DNA of 20,000 nucleotides from Vicugna vicugna. Taxonomy: Eukaryota. The stretch lies in the NCBI GenBank assembly GCA_013265495.1, contig MU057822.1:149712-169711 (forward strand), read 5' to 3'. The notes under the pieces were generated by a model. It saw only the letters and a program-made list of their open reading frames with translations. It made no database searches and was not told the DNA's origin. The position numbers were made by a program, and so were the translations under genes. Below are positions 1 through 11,002 of the stretch, one piece after another (positions within the stretch are counted from its first letter, which is position 1; each line of letters starts with the position of its first letter).

Positions 1-100
1 CCACATGGTCAAGTGGTCCCAAAAGGGCAGCCACAGGGGAGCTTTCCACCCCAGAGTCTTATCCCCAAGGACTAGCTGTCCATAATCCAAGCCCATCAGA

Positions 101-358
101 GAATAATAACAATGATAGTTACTGACATTTATTAAATGCTTCCTGTATGCATTTTATATATCTCCTATATATATTTTCTATATCCACTCAACCAACCCAT
201 GAGGGAGATACAATTACAATCCACATGTTACAGATAAGGAAACCCTCCACAGAGAGGGTGAGTAACTGGCCCAGGGTCACCCAGCCAGGAAATAGCAGGG
301 CTGAGATTTGATCCCAGGCCTTCTCCTCCAGGGTCTGACCATTGATTACTCTGCCATT
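101..358 (-). mobile_element. MIR SINE
   Basis: Antisense MIR core: ttacagataaggaaac…agagagggtgagtaactggcccagggtcacccagcc…gggctgagatttgatcccagg. Confidence 0.85.
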
Positions 359-1606
359 AGGAGCAAGGAGGAGCCTCTCCAGCAATATTTATGCATTTGC
401 TATAGAATGTTTGAACAACAGCAAGGGGAACTAAGAGGACAAACTCACCCCTAGCCTCACAAGTGGGAAATTGGTAGCGAGAAGAGGGAAAAGTGCTCCT
501 GGCAGGGGACAGGGTGAGCCAAAGTGGAGGCAGGAGCCCAGGGACTGGGAGCCGCAGGACTGGAGAGAGGAGCCCTGTGGGTGGGCAGGGCACTCCCGAG
601 GATGACCGGCTGGTCCTGGAGTCACTGGCACTGAGCCACTCTGTCCAGGTGATGAGAGAAACCGGGCCTCCCACTCATCACTGGGACCTGCCAACAAGCC
701 TGAGAAGGAACTGACCACAGCTTTGCACCTTCCCCAAGTGCTTCCTTCTCACCCCATAATTATGTGATTACTCGCTGGTGGTTCTGGGCAGAAGGGCAGG
801 GCCTCCTAGAACATGGGCCCTAAGCATCCAGAAAAGTCCATGCAGGGGCTAGGGCTGCTTGGATCCTCAGAGAGCCATCCCTTTCTCCCTTCCCAGGAAC
901 TCGGACCTGCTGGAGCCAGACCAGTCCCTGTTGCTGGTGGTGGGAGAGGTCTGTCTCCCCAAGCCAGTTCAGGGTCCCCAGGTCTCCATACAGCCGAGGG
1001 GCCAAAATTGGGCCCCCCACCAGCAGCTGGAGAGCCCAGAAGGTAATTTTAGAAGTTCAGAGGCTTTTGAGTTCCCAAAATGCCAGGCTCACTCTATTCT
1101 GAGACAAAAACACCTCTGTTTTTGACTCACCCATCTTAGAAGAGCTGTTCCCTTTATAGCCTGGGGCATAACCAGCGCCGATCAAGGGTCTGCACAAAGT
1201 CTGAGTGGCAGCCACCAGGTGCAGACTCCCTGGCAGCCTGCCTCCCATCCCCGACTCAAGCCTCACACCCAGACACCCCTGGGAGTGTGAGACAGACAAG
1301 AGAGCAGACGGCCACCTAGGGGCAGGAGGCAGTGCGGGAAAGCATGGAGACACTGATGGAGAGAGAACGGAAGAGTGACTGACGACCACCCATCTGGGCT
1401 AGGGGATGGTTGCCAGGGGTGGTCTGAGGTGGGTCTTGGCTGTGACAGGGCCAGATCCTTTTTATTAACTGACCTAACAGGAGGCAAGGTCTTCCCAGTG
1501 CGCAAGGAGTGAACTCCCCATTGGAGGGTGTGTGAACAAGGGGAGGGACTGGGCTAGTCAGAATTTTGCAAGGGGTTCATGGGCTGGGCGGCTGGCTGTG
1601 CTAGAC

Positions 1607-1799
1607 CAGCGATCTCCAGGTGCCTTCTGAGCAACATCGCCATCAGGATCCCATGGGACATTCATTAGAAATTCAGACCCCTGGACCCCAACATAGACCC
1701 AACCAAATTAGACTCCAAGGACAGAGGGCCTGGAAGCTGAGCTTGTAACAAGCTCCCCCAAACCCAGTTCTTATGCCCCATGAAGCTTGAGAATCACTG
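1607..1799. mobile_element. MER5-type hAT-Charlie DNA transposon relic
   Basis: Terminal inverted ends cagcgatctc…gagaatcactg; internal taacaagctcccc; flanks resemble the nTCTAGAn target (tgctagac / gaccagag). Confidence 0.75.
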
Positions 1800-2014
1800 G
1801 ACCAGAGAGCCCCTGAGGCCCATCCCCCAGAGAATCTGGATTCTCCTCCTTGTGGAGAAGGGGGGCAATGAGAGGAGTGTCCTTGAGGCAGGACTGACGT
1901 GCGGCCCGGGGAGTCCTCAGCGACCCTCAGGAACACCTGTGACGCAGACACTAGCTCACTGGTCCCTGGCAGCCTGGGCGTAACTGGTAGGTCCTGTCTT
2001 TCTACCTACTGCGC

Positions 2015-2115
2015 ACGTGAGCAAACCAAGGCCAGAGAGGTTGCTACTTAGCCAGCCAGAGAGCAGCAGAGCTGGGAGTGGAAACAAGTGGGCTGTTCTA
2101 GAACCCTGGTTCTTG
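2015..2115 (-). mobile_element. Degenerate MIR fragment
   Basis: gagcaaaccaaggccagagaggttg…gcagagctggga; boundaries approximate. Confidence 0.4.
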
Positions 2116-3186
2116 GGCTCTGCTGCCCTCTCACCTTCTCTGCCTCAGGAGCAAGGGCAGGCGAGCAGATGGGACCTCCCTGCACTTCCTGCCACACCAG
2201 TGTCCCCTACACACTTCCTGCCCCTGCCTGCTTCCTCCCCAGCCCCCATCCCACTCCCTGCTGGCCCCTCTCCACCCACCTCCCCTCCTGCCCCCTGGAG
2301 GCTGCTCCTGCCTCACCTCTAGAAAAGGAACACCTATGTCCTATGTGGAACCTATGTCCTGCCAGCTCCAGCTGCCATCCTCCTCAGTGCAGCTTCTTAC
2401 AGGAGTTATACTCTGGGTCTCCTCGCCTCCCACCTTTCCTCACCCTGCTCTGAGCTGGCATCTGTCTGCCTCTCCACTGCACAGCCCGGGTCCCCACAGC
2501 CCGCCCCTCACCAGCATTTGGCCCAAGACCACTCCCTCCCCAAGCCTTCCCCTCTCTGCCAGAGGACTGGGCTCCAGGAACTGCAGGGACTGGTCCAGCT
2601 CTGGCCACCAAAGTGTCACAAGGCCGTCCTTCACTGAGGGCCTTCGGGAAGGTGGGCAGGTGGGGGAAGGGGAGCAGAAGCTTTCCTGGGATGACAGGTC
2701 CTGGCTAAGCTATGGGGGCTGCAGGCCTCTGAGCCTGGGGAGGGGGGTGGGGAACAGCGGGTGGGCTGGATCACGTCCAGCCCGTCCCCCAGGGCAGCGC
2801 CAGTCAGCTCCCCAGCAGAATCAGATGGTTTAGACTATGGCTGACTGGCTCCCAGCCCCTCCTCTCCCCTGACCCCTGCCCCCAACCCAGACACAGCTCT
2901 GCAAAGAGCCTGGCTCTGCCAGGTTAATCATTCTTGCAGACACAGACACTGGGGAACACGGGCGCAGTCCTCACATATCTGGGGGCTGCCATGTGGAGCA
3001 GGGGGCAGGAGCGTAGGGGACAGGCAGAGGGAGCTGGGGCAGGTTTCAGAGCACAGGCTGGGGGGTGGGTAGTTCATTCCCTGTGCCTGCAAGTGGGCGA
3101 CCCCACTCAAGCCAACGTCTGCCAGCACGATCCCATGTACCGAGGGCTTTCCCTCAGGCTAGCTCGCTCACCCCGCCAGGCCGGTT

Positions 3187-3278
3187 GTGATTACCCCTTT
3201 TTATAGGCAAGGAAACTGAGGCCCAAGGCCATTCAGCAGGTCTGTGGCTGAGTCTGGGCTGCAGCCCAAGTCTCCTGT
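3187..3278 (-). mobile_element. MIR fragment
   Basis: ccccttttttataggcaaggaaactgaggcccaagg-like MIR core. Confidence 0.6.
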
Positions 3279-3584
3279 ATGAAGGGAGGAAAAGAGAAGA
3301 TCCACCAGCCCTGCAGCTGATACACCCACCCAGGAGTCAAAGACAGGGCAGCCCTGTCTACACTTGCTGAGCCTGGGCCGTGGGGACAGGGAAGAACATC
3401 TAGACAGAGAGCGAGCCTCCGGTCCACAGTAGTATTCAAGCAGGTCTTGCTGGCTAGTTAAATGACTTCCCTTCCTCACAGCCCTTTCAAACCAAGATTC
3501 CAGGATGCCAGGCTTTCTTTGGGAGACGGACGATGAGAGAGCAGAAACCTCTGACCTGCTATCAGAACCCAAGCCAGCATTCTC

Positions 3585-3795
3585 GGTGCTGGACACCAGG
3601 CAAAAGCTCCACACAGTTCATCTTGTTTCACCCACACAATAATCCATGAGGTGTTTTCATCTCCATTTTCCACACACAGAAACTGAGGCTTGGAGACACA
3701 AAGTGACTCGCCTAGGCCACACACAGTAAGTGGCAGAAGCAGAGCAGAAACCCAGGCCTGTTTCCTGAATCCAGGTTCATGCCCCTGCACTAGAC
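3585..3795 (-). mobile_element. MIR SINE
   Basis: ctccattttccacacacagaaactgaggcttggaga…aagtgactcgcctaggccacacacagtaagtggcagaagcag. Confidence 0.8.
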
Positions 3796-4239
3796 AGCTC
3801 TCAGCCGACTGCCAAGCTGCTCTGGTTCCCTCACGCCCAGCATTAGACCATGCCAGGCTGCCAGGAGGCAGGAGGAGGGCTCTTGGGGTCCCCCTCGGTC
3901 TGGGACCCTGCATAATCCACAAGGGCATAGCCCTTCAGTGTTCAAAAACTTCCCCTGCACGTCTCCTAGAAGGAGGCAGGGAGGCTGAGCAGAGAGTGTG
4001 CGGCTCAAGAAGGGCGGTGCTAGACTCTGAACCCAGCAGTCGTGTGATCAGGACAGCAGCAGGCCTCGCTACAGCCTGAGCCGGCCCCTTGCCTTGCAGC
4101 CCCTGATACGGAAGCTGGGGCAGCCTGGACCCACCTGGGCTCAGTGGCCTTGAAGTCTGGCATCCCTGTCTGCACACCGAAAGCGGAGGCCATACTGAGA
4201 AGGAGTATGGTCAAGAAAGAGGGAGGGAGGGAGCCCTAG

Positions 4240-4355
4240 AGACAAAAAGCCTGGGCCCCAGTCCTGGCTCAGCCTCTGCATGCTGTGTGAGCTTGGTCCA
4301 GGCACCTGCCCTCTCTGAGACTCCATTTGCTCATCTACAAAATGGGAGTGATGGT
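4240..4355 (+). mobile_element. MIR SINE
   Basis: cctggctcagcc…gctgtgtgagcttgg…ctctctgagactccatttgctcatctacaaaatggg. Confidence 0.75.
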
Positions 4356-4546
4356 CAGAGATATGTTTGAGAGTGTCAGGGAGGCCCCTGGTCCAAGGTA
4401 ATTGTTCATTGACCTTGGTTCCCTAACCCATGGTCTCTGAAGCTCTCCCAACCTCCAGTGGCCACTCAACAGCAGAAGTCCAGTGGTGAGTCCACAGTGT
4501 TCAAGAGGCCCCAGGACCAGCCCTCCACTCCAACTGCCACACCTAC

Positions 4547-4612
4547 CAGCAGGATGTCAGCGACCACTGCGCAGCTGCAGGATAGAAGCAGCTCCCCAAG
4601 GGCCAGGAACGC
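4547..4612 (-). CDS. SPNS3: SPNS3 exon 9 (66 nt): AFLALGELLLSCSCAVVADILL; TM10
   Basis: Acceptor gccctgtgtccacag| and donor CTG|gtaggt. Phase 0 to phase 0. Matches recalled human VFLGLGELLLSCNWAVVADILL. Confidence 0.92.
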
Positions 4613-5594
4613 CTGTGGACACAGGGCAGCCAGGGTGAGGCTTTCTGGACCTCGCGCCTACCCCTCCCCATGTTGTTTCTTCCTACCCGAGGAGAGGGAG
4701 ATTCAGGCGGCACAGAGGAAGGCACTGTTGAGACTTACTGGGGTGGATGAGGTCTGGAACTATTTTCCCAGTTCCAGCAGCCGCCAAGATGGGTAGACAT
4801 TCTCATGGGCAGACAGGCAGCCATGACCCAGACGGGAGTGCCAGGGATGAGCTCTCCCCCTGATGGATGGCCCCCAGGGTCCAGCCCTTGAGGTCACCCA
4901 GGGGCTGCAGGAGGAGGCAGTCAGGACTCCCAGGCCACTTTTAAAGATGGGGAAACAGACTTAGAGGAGAAAGGTCCAGGGGCTGCTTCAGGCTGCCCAC
5001 CCCTCCCCTTGTTCCCTGAAGGCCTGTGTACACCAAGGAGGTGCCTACTGAATGCCAGCCAGACCACTTGGCCCAGGCACCCCATCGACAGCCCTGCCCA
5101 GGCCATCCCCCTCCCAGACCCCTAGAGCGGCGCAGGGAGGTAAGCAAGCCTGGCACAGTGAAACTGCCGGGTCAGAGCCGGGGCTTGCCAGAGGTCGATA
5201 GCTGGCCCAGGGCAAAGCCAGCCTGGAATACTGGGGGCTTCCGGCCCCATCCAGCACCCACCCCCACCCTGCGCACCTGTGGGGCTGGGATAACCTTGTG
5301 TGCCAGCCCCCTGCCCCAATATCTGCCAGCAACAGGAGGCCCCTGTGGGCCTGTCCCTCCCAGCTCCCCGAACCCCCCAGCTACTAACAAAGGATTAGGA
5401 CAATCCTCATTGCACTCACTCAAGAAGAGTTTAATGAAGCAGCAAGGAGGGATAAAAGGCTCATTTCTCAGAGCTTCTAAGAGCTTATTGCGGGAGTGGA
5501 ATTAGTCATTCTTGGAGTCACGGGACTGTGCCCAGGGCAGCCCAGGCTCCAGCACCCAAAGGCTTGCAAACACCCAGGACAGAGGAACCAAAGG

Positions 5595-5712
5595 AACTGA
5601 ATACTTGCCAGGCACGTCCACCCTTGTCACCCATCTAACGCTCAGCCACCTCATAAGACATATCATTACACCCATTTCACAGATGAGAAGACTCAGGCCC
5701 CAGGTCACACGG
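5595..5712 (-). mobile_element. MIR fragment
   Basis: cccatttcacagatgagaagactcaggccccaggtcacac. Confidence 0.7.
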
Positions 5713-7359
5713 TGAGCCCCTCACCCCCATGGCTGACCCTGTGCGAGGTGGGGGACAGGAGGCTGTCCGAGAGGCCCCAGCAGCCACAGTGCTGGGGAAG
5801 GCTGGCACAAAGGAAGTCAGAGGAAAGCCTAGAATGCGGAGGGCTTCCCAGTGGAGGTGGCGCTGAGCAGAGCCCTGAAGGATGCGCAGGATCAGGATGG
5901 GCTAAGAAGAGCCCCCAAGCCACGCCAGACAGAGAACCCCCATGAGCAGAGGTGAGGAGGCTGGGCAGGCAGGAAGGTGGCCCAGCGCTGCAGAGAAAGG
6001 GCTGGATGCACCAAGGAGGGGGAGTAGCCGTGTGTCCTCCCAGTCTCACCAGCCCTTAGGCCGCCGCAAACTGGGGAACCCTGAGGGCAGGGTGGGTCTC
6101 CCTCTGGGCCTGGGGCCGGGGCCAGGCACCCACAGAGGTCTGAATCAGGAAGCGGCTGGCGGGCGAGTCTTAGGCGGGGCCCAGGCAGTCTGCAGACCCA
6201 CATTCCAGCTTGACAGGGTCTGCCAACCCGGCCTCCTGGAGCCACATGAAAGTCCTGGCAGCTGACGCCCATCCTTCCCTCAGTCAGACTCCCACCTCCA
6301 CCGGGGCTGCCAGGCCGCTGCCCTCCTCACAACTGCCGCTCGAGGGCATCCCGCCCTCCATGCCCCGGGCACCAGCCCCTCCAAGCTGTGCTGTCTGCTG
6401 GAGCTGAGGCCCCCGCCTCATCTCTCCCCGGCTCCTTCACGCCCACAGGACATACTGAAATACACCTTTTCCTTCCTCCAGCTGGAGTAGGGTGGATCCT
6501 GACCCCAAAATAGAGCCGACAGGAGGGAGGCTGCAGCCACAATGGGACCTTTCAGGTGAAGAAGCCGCCCCAGGAGGCCAGGTTTCCTCAGACACACCTG
6601 GAAACCCACCCCATGCCACCAAATCCTCGTCTCCACGGGATGGCTTTGAGGGGTGAAGGGCCCAGCTGCGGAGAGGCTGCCGCCTAATCCTGTAATTACA
6701 GAGTCTCTTGAGGCGGCTGCCTGGGCTCAGGGAGGGACACTCCATCAGAGAGGTGCGCCCTCCTGGGGGTGGACGGCCTGGCCCCACCCTGCCACGTGGG
6801 GCCACCCTGGGAGGTCACCACCCCTCTGGGCCTTGGTTTCCCCAGCCCTACAACGGTGGGGTGGCTCAGATGCCACACCAGGTGCCTCCAGGGCCAACTG
6901 CCTAGGCTGTTAAAGCTGGGAGTTTGTGTTCCCCACGGGCTGCGTGTGAATCAGGTCTTAGAGTCCGAGGGCTTCCACGACCACTTCAGACTTGGGTTCC
7001 GTGATCATAAAACAAAACAAACAAGAAGAGCCGTGGTTTGAGGTCAAGTCACGGTGAAGAATGAAGCCAGCTGTTCAAAGCTCCTCTGGCATAGGTCCCT
7101 CAGCCCCACCCCGGACACCCTCTCCTGCATGGCCACAGGCCCTTTGCACTGTCCAGGTCCCCAAACCAGCTCTCTCCTGCTGTCCCCGCCCATCCCCCTA
7201 CCCTGCATTACTGTCCTCACCCAGGGCAGTTGAGGCAGCTGAGACAGGCCCAAGGCATGGACTGGCCCTCAGCAAGCTGCACAAATTGCTTTTCCCCAGA
7301 GGTGTCCTCTGTCGCTCAGACCAGACACAGAGAGAGGGAGGACACATGCCTTGTTTGCC

Positions 7360-7600
7360 CTCCAGTCACTGATTCCTGTCCATTCTGCATCCTAAATGTC
7401 CCTCAGATCTGCTCCCTCCTCCCATCCACTGTGGGAGGCCTGGTCCAGGCCACCCCGGGTCCCTCCTCCCCACCACTTTCCCAGGCCCCATCATCCCTCC
7501 TGACAGCAGCCCCGGAGGGGACTTCCAAAAGGGAAATCTGACTCTGCTCTTGTCCCCTTAGCGCCTGTGCAAGCTCCCCTGCACCCTGGCTCAGTCCCCC
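7360..7600 (+). mobile_element. L2 LINE fragment
   Basis: tcctgtccattctgcatcctaaatgtccctcagatctgctccctcctc…ctggtccaggccacc…ttccaaaagggaaatctgac; boundaries approximate. Confidence 0.55.
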
Positions 7601-7759
7601 TGGGCGACAGGGCCTGGGAATGCTGCCTGGAGCCTGAGAAACGTGGAGCCCCTCAGCCCCGGGCCTTTTCCATTTCAGACTCAAGAGGATTTCCCTCAAG
7701 CTGGGACCACGACAATGAATACTTCTGGCCTGAGTCACCCCTGGCCGGAGCAGCGTGCG

Positions 7760-8182
7760 TAGACACACAAGCTCACACACAAGAGCTCCAACACATGTGC
7801 ACTCATACCTAGACACACAACCTGGGAGACACACACAAAACTCACGCACCACAAGGACACGCATATGCAGGGCAAAGGGATGATATTCTAAGTATTAAAA
7901 CGTGTGGCAAGAGTACCAACCAACCAGACGGCGGCTGCCAACACTGGTGCAGGCTTGCTGGGGTGAACTTGCTGGAAAATGGCCTAGTGTGTATGCTTGC
8001 AGGCTTGTGGTCTCATAACACGGACAGCAAGTTGTCCACACACAGTCACACGGGCACACACACGTATGCAGGTGCACAAGCTTGCTCCTCCTTTTGTACT
8101 CATGCACGTACATGCACACAGATGTGAACACACTCATACCTTCACACACACACACCCCTCCTCATGCACACCTGCACACACA
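7760..8182. repeat. Two degenerate (CA)n-rich tracts (~7760-7870 and ~8035-8182)
   Basis: Interrupted cacaca/catgca runs visible directly. Confidence 0.75.
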
Positions 8183-9313
8183 GGTAGGCATGGGGAAGGA
8201 GCAGGAGAGAAGCTGGGGCACCCGCCCCAGAGAAGGCTCAGCCCCTGCCGGGTAGAGAGGACAATGTCTTTACCCTGGCCCATCTCAGTCTTCCAGCTGG
8301 GCAGTAACTGAGCTCTGAACTACAAAGAATGGATTCTAGGCGTCCCCAGGAAAGGAGAAGGCAAACATCTCCCAAGGGCTAGCTAAGGTCCATCCTCCCC
8401 TTGCACGGGTCACCTCTTCGCTCAGTGTGTTTGAGACAGATGGGACGCAGGCCCCCAGCACAGAGTGGCTGCCAGCAAGCTGCCGGGCTGGCTGGCACAC
8501 TTTGCCCCTGGGCCTGCCAACCTGTAATTGCAGGCCTGGCTTCAGGGCATAAGGGCACCGCCCAGCTACCCGGGGGCCAGCAACAGCCCAGCAGCCTGGT
8601 AGGCAGGCGGGTGGGGAATGAGCTCCAGTCCTCCTGGAGGATTCAGCTGAGACTGCAGGCTCTCCATGAGGGCTCTGCTGCCCATCCAGGAAGAGACCTG
8701 TTAGATCCTGGCAGGAAGGTAGGGCCCTCCAAGGAAGGAAAAGGGGGGCCTCTCTCAGCCCCCCTGAGGCAGCCCCTGGCAAGGCCCACTTCCTGTAGCC
8801 CAACATGCAAGAGAAAAAGGGCTTATCCAAGAAGCCCCCCAGGGCCAAGTGGTAGGAGAGATCCCCAGAGCTGGGGCACCTGCACAGCCCAGCTGTCTGG
8901 GCTACCTGGGGTGAAGGCAGATCCTACAGCCAACCCTAGAATCCTTAGCTGACCCTGACTACAGCTATGATGGACACACATCCTGGCTGCTCCCCACCAA
9001 CCACCGCATAAGGCTCCCTTGTGGGCACCAGGCTGGGCAGACACAGGGCCTGCACCTTTGGTCCTTGCTCAGGAGTCTTCAAGCTAAGAAGGTAACATTC
9101 TGTCCCAGATGTAAAGACCTTGGTGACAGCCAAGCTGGCTCTGCTCTGTGTGGTGGTGGCCACATCTCTCCTTGTGCAAACAGGGAACTCAGAGTTATGA
9201 TCTAGCTTGGGCTGGAAGGAGCCTTAAAGATCATGTAAGGCAACTCCTGTATAAAGATGGAGAATTGCAACTGCATATTTCCCTTCCCCCTCAAAGTGAA
9301 AAACAGGAAGTCA

Positions 9314-9412
9314 AGGGGGAGGGTTTAGCACGCATGAGGTCCTGCGTTCAAGCCCCGGTACCGCCATTAAAACAAACAAACAAAGAAACATAATTACCAC
9401 CACCACCCCCCA
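9314..9412 (+). mobile_element. Camelid tRNA-derived SINE (Vic-1-like), internally deleted
   Basis: ggggagggt-ttagcacgcatgaggtcctgcgttcaagccccggtaccgcc followed by an A-rich tail. TSD aaaaacaggaagtca (9299-9313) / aaaaataggaagtca (9413-9427). Confidence 0.85.
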
Positions 9413-10051
9413 AAAAATAGGAAGTCAGGGGAGAAAATATTTTTCACCAAGGAAAAGAACAAAGCCTAATGAGGTAAGTATAAAATATTGGCAGCCAAGA
9501 AAACAAACAAACAAACATATGATTCTGGAGTATAGCCCTTCTCAGCTTCCCACTCCCCAAAGCTGTTCTCCAAAACCCCCACATCTGGAGGGAAATAAAC
9601 TGAGTAGGGGTCTCTTATACCCACTCTTAACTAAGAACCCAGTGGGAAAAGCTACTGGGGAGAAATGGGTAAAACTGGAGAAAGTGAATAATGACTCCAG
9701 TTACTGACTCCACCTGAAAACGGCCCTCGTTTCAGAAGGGAATCCTGGTAATTAAGTAGAAGGAACCCTGTGGTAGAGCATTTACCTAAATCCAAGGAGA
9801 GCAGAGCCCAGGTGTTCTGACAAAGGCTCCTCCTGCTTCACCTGAGCCCTGTAATTTCCTCAGGCAACAAAACCTAAGACTCAACTCTCAAACTGCAGCC
9901 CCTTTGGAGAAGAGAATGGTCACAGAGAAGGCTGGAAGAGAGTCAGAAACAAGAGTCCCCCAAGCTACATCAAAGCAAACCTGCTATCGGAGCAAAGATG
10001 TCCAAAACCAGACAAGGGAAAAGCACTTAGCATGTGAACTGTGCAAACGTA

Positions 10052-10390
10052 CAGAAAAAAGAAAGACAGAGGGAGGAAGGGATTGGGGGGAGGAAAAAGA
10101 AGGAAGGAAGGAGAAAGAGGAAAAAGAAAGAGAGAGGAAGGGAAGGAGGAATGGGGGTAGAGGAGACGAAAAAAGAGAAAGAAAGAAAGAGGAAGGGACA
10201 GAGATGGAAAAGGAGGGAGGGAGGGTGAGAGGGAAAAGGAAGTGAAGAAGAAAGGAAGGAAGGAAGGAAGGAAGAGAGAAATGGGAGAAGAGGAAAGGGG
10301 GAAAAGTGGAAAAGGAAGAAAAGAGAAAGGGAGGAAGGAAGAAAAAAGAATACAACCTAAAAGACAAATAAGAGAAGGAACAGGAAGAAA
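10052..10390 (+). repeat. Polypurine (GA-rich) low-complexity tract including (GGAA)n
   Basis: About 340 nt almost entirely A/G on the + strand; source of the low-complexity ORFs at 9904-10367. Confidence 0.9.
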
Positions 10391-10671
10391 TTCCTTATAA
10401 TTGTTTCAAACCATATTGAACATTAATTCAGTAAGGAAAGAGTTCAAAGATGAAATGAACCCCCAAGAGGATGTAAAAGATATCACAGGCCTATGGAAAT
10501 AAACGGAGGAACAAACATTATTACAGAACTAACAAAAATGTTTAGAAACAGAATAGACATCAAACGAAGTAGAGTCATGGATACAGAGAAAAGACTTGAG
10601 ATAATCTCACAGACTGATTTTTGAAAACATTTAGAGAGGAGTAAATGATACGGAAGACAGACAGAGAGGAT

Positions 10672-10835
10672 CAGGCCTGGGACTATGGTGTGGCAGGGAA
10701 GCATCTAGGGTACCAAACTTAAGGAGGCACTCAGTCTCTGAGTTGCGGAAGTACAGAGTCAGCCCCTGAGAGTGAGTGCCTCCTTAAATTGTGTGACCTC
10801 TATGCCTTGCTGGCCTCATCCTAGTCCCAGCCCAG
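10672..10835. mobile_element. MER96-like hAT-Tip100 palindromic MITE
   Basis: TIRs caggcctgggacta / tagtcccagcccag; inner inverted arms 10719-10738 and 10768-10787 pair at 19/20; degenerate 8-bp TSD gagaggat / aagatgat. Confidence 0.85.
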
Positions 10836-11002
10836 AAGATGATCCAATACAGCTAAAACATCCAACAAAAACAAACAGAAGAAATATTCAAAGAGATGAG
10901 ACAGGGAGGGAGGATACTCAAGACTGCTTCAGCAGATAAGAACACTGTTCTGAAGAAATTTTTATGTGATGTAGAATAGTTAGCATCAAAACATAGCCAA
11001 GT

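Noticed and set aside
1131..1160. Minus-strand TATAAA followed by ATG as an internal promoter
   Set aside because: The TATA is only ~20 nt from the ATG, so a start site ~30 nt downstream would fall past the ATG and splice donor.
2332..2360. Short direct repeats (acctatgtcct x2, cctatgt x3)
   Set aside because: Local slippage duplication; no array or spacer structure, not CRISPR-like.
2764..2784. Small hairpin gggctgga-tcacg-tccagccc
   Set aside because: An 8-bp stem is expected by chance in GC-rich DNA.
3850..3910. Minus-strand peptide PRPRGTPRAL resembling SPNS3 exon 10 (VPRCRGTAEAL)
   Set aside because: Similarity does not extend to the conserved HILGDAGSPY motif and there is no matching 99-nt exon. 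True exon 10 probably lies left of the window, so its absence is not evidence of loss.
5940..6540. Weak peptide echoes of exon 8 (QPFLCSAG…, RLYFGV…)
   Set aside because: Only 3-4 residue coincidences, far apart, with no consistent frame or splice sites.
357..9200. Numerous 60-180 aa P/G/S-rich ORFs on both strands
   Set aside because: Typical of GC-rich intronic DNA; overlapping in all frames, many starting at non-ATG codons, with no recognisable domains.
9904..10367. E/K/R-rich and F/S/L-rich ORFs
   Set aside because: Translation artefacts of the polypurine tract.
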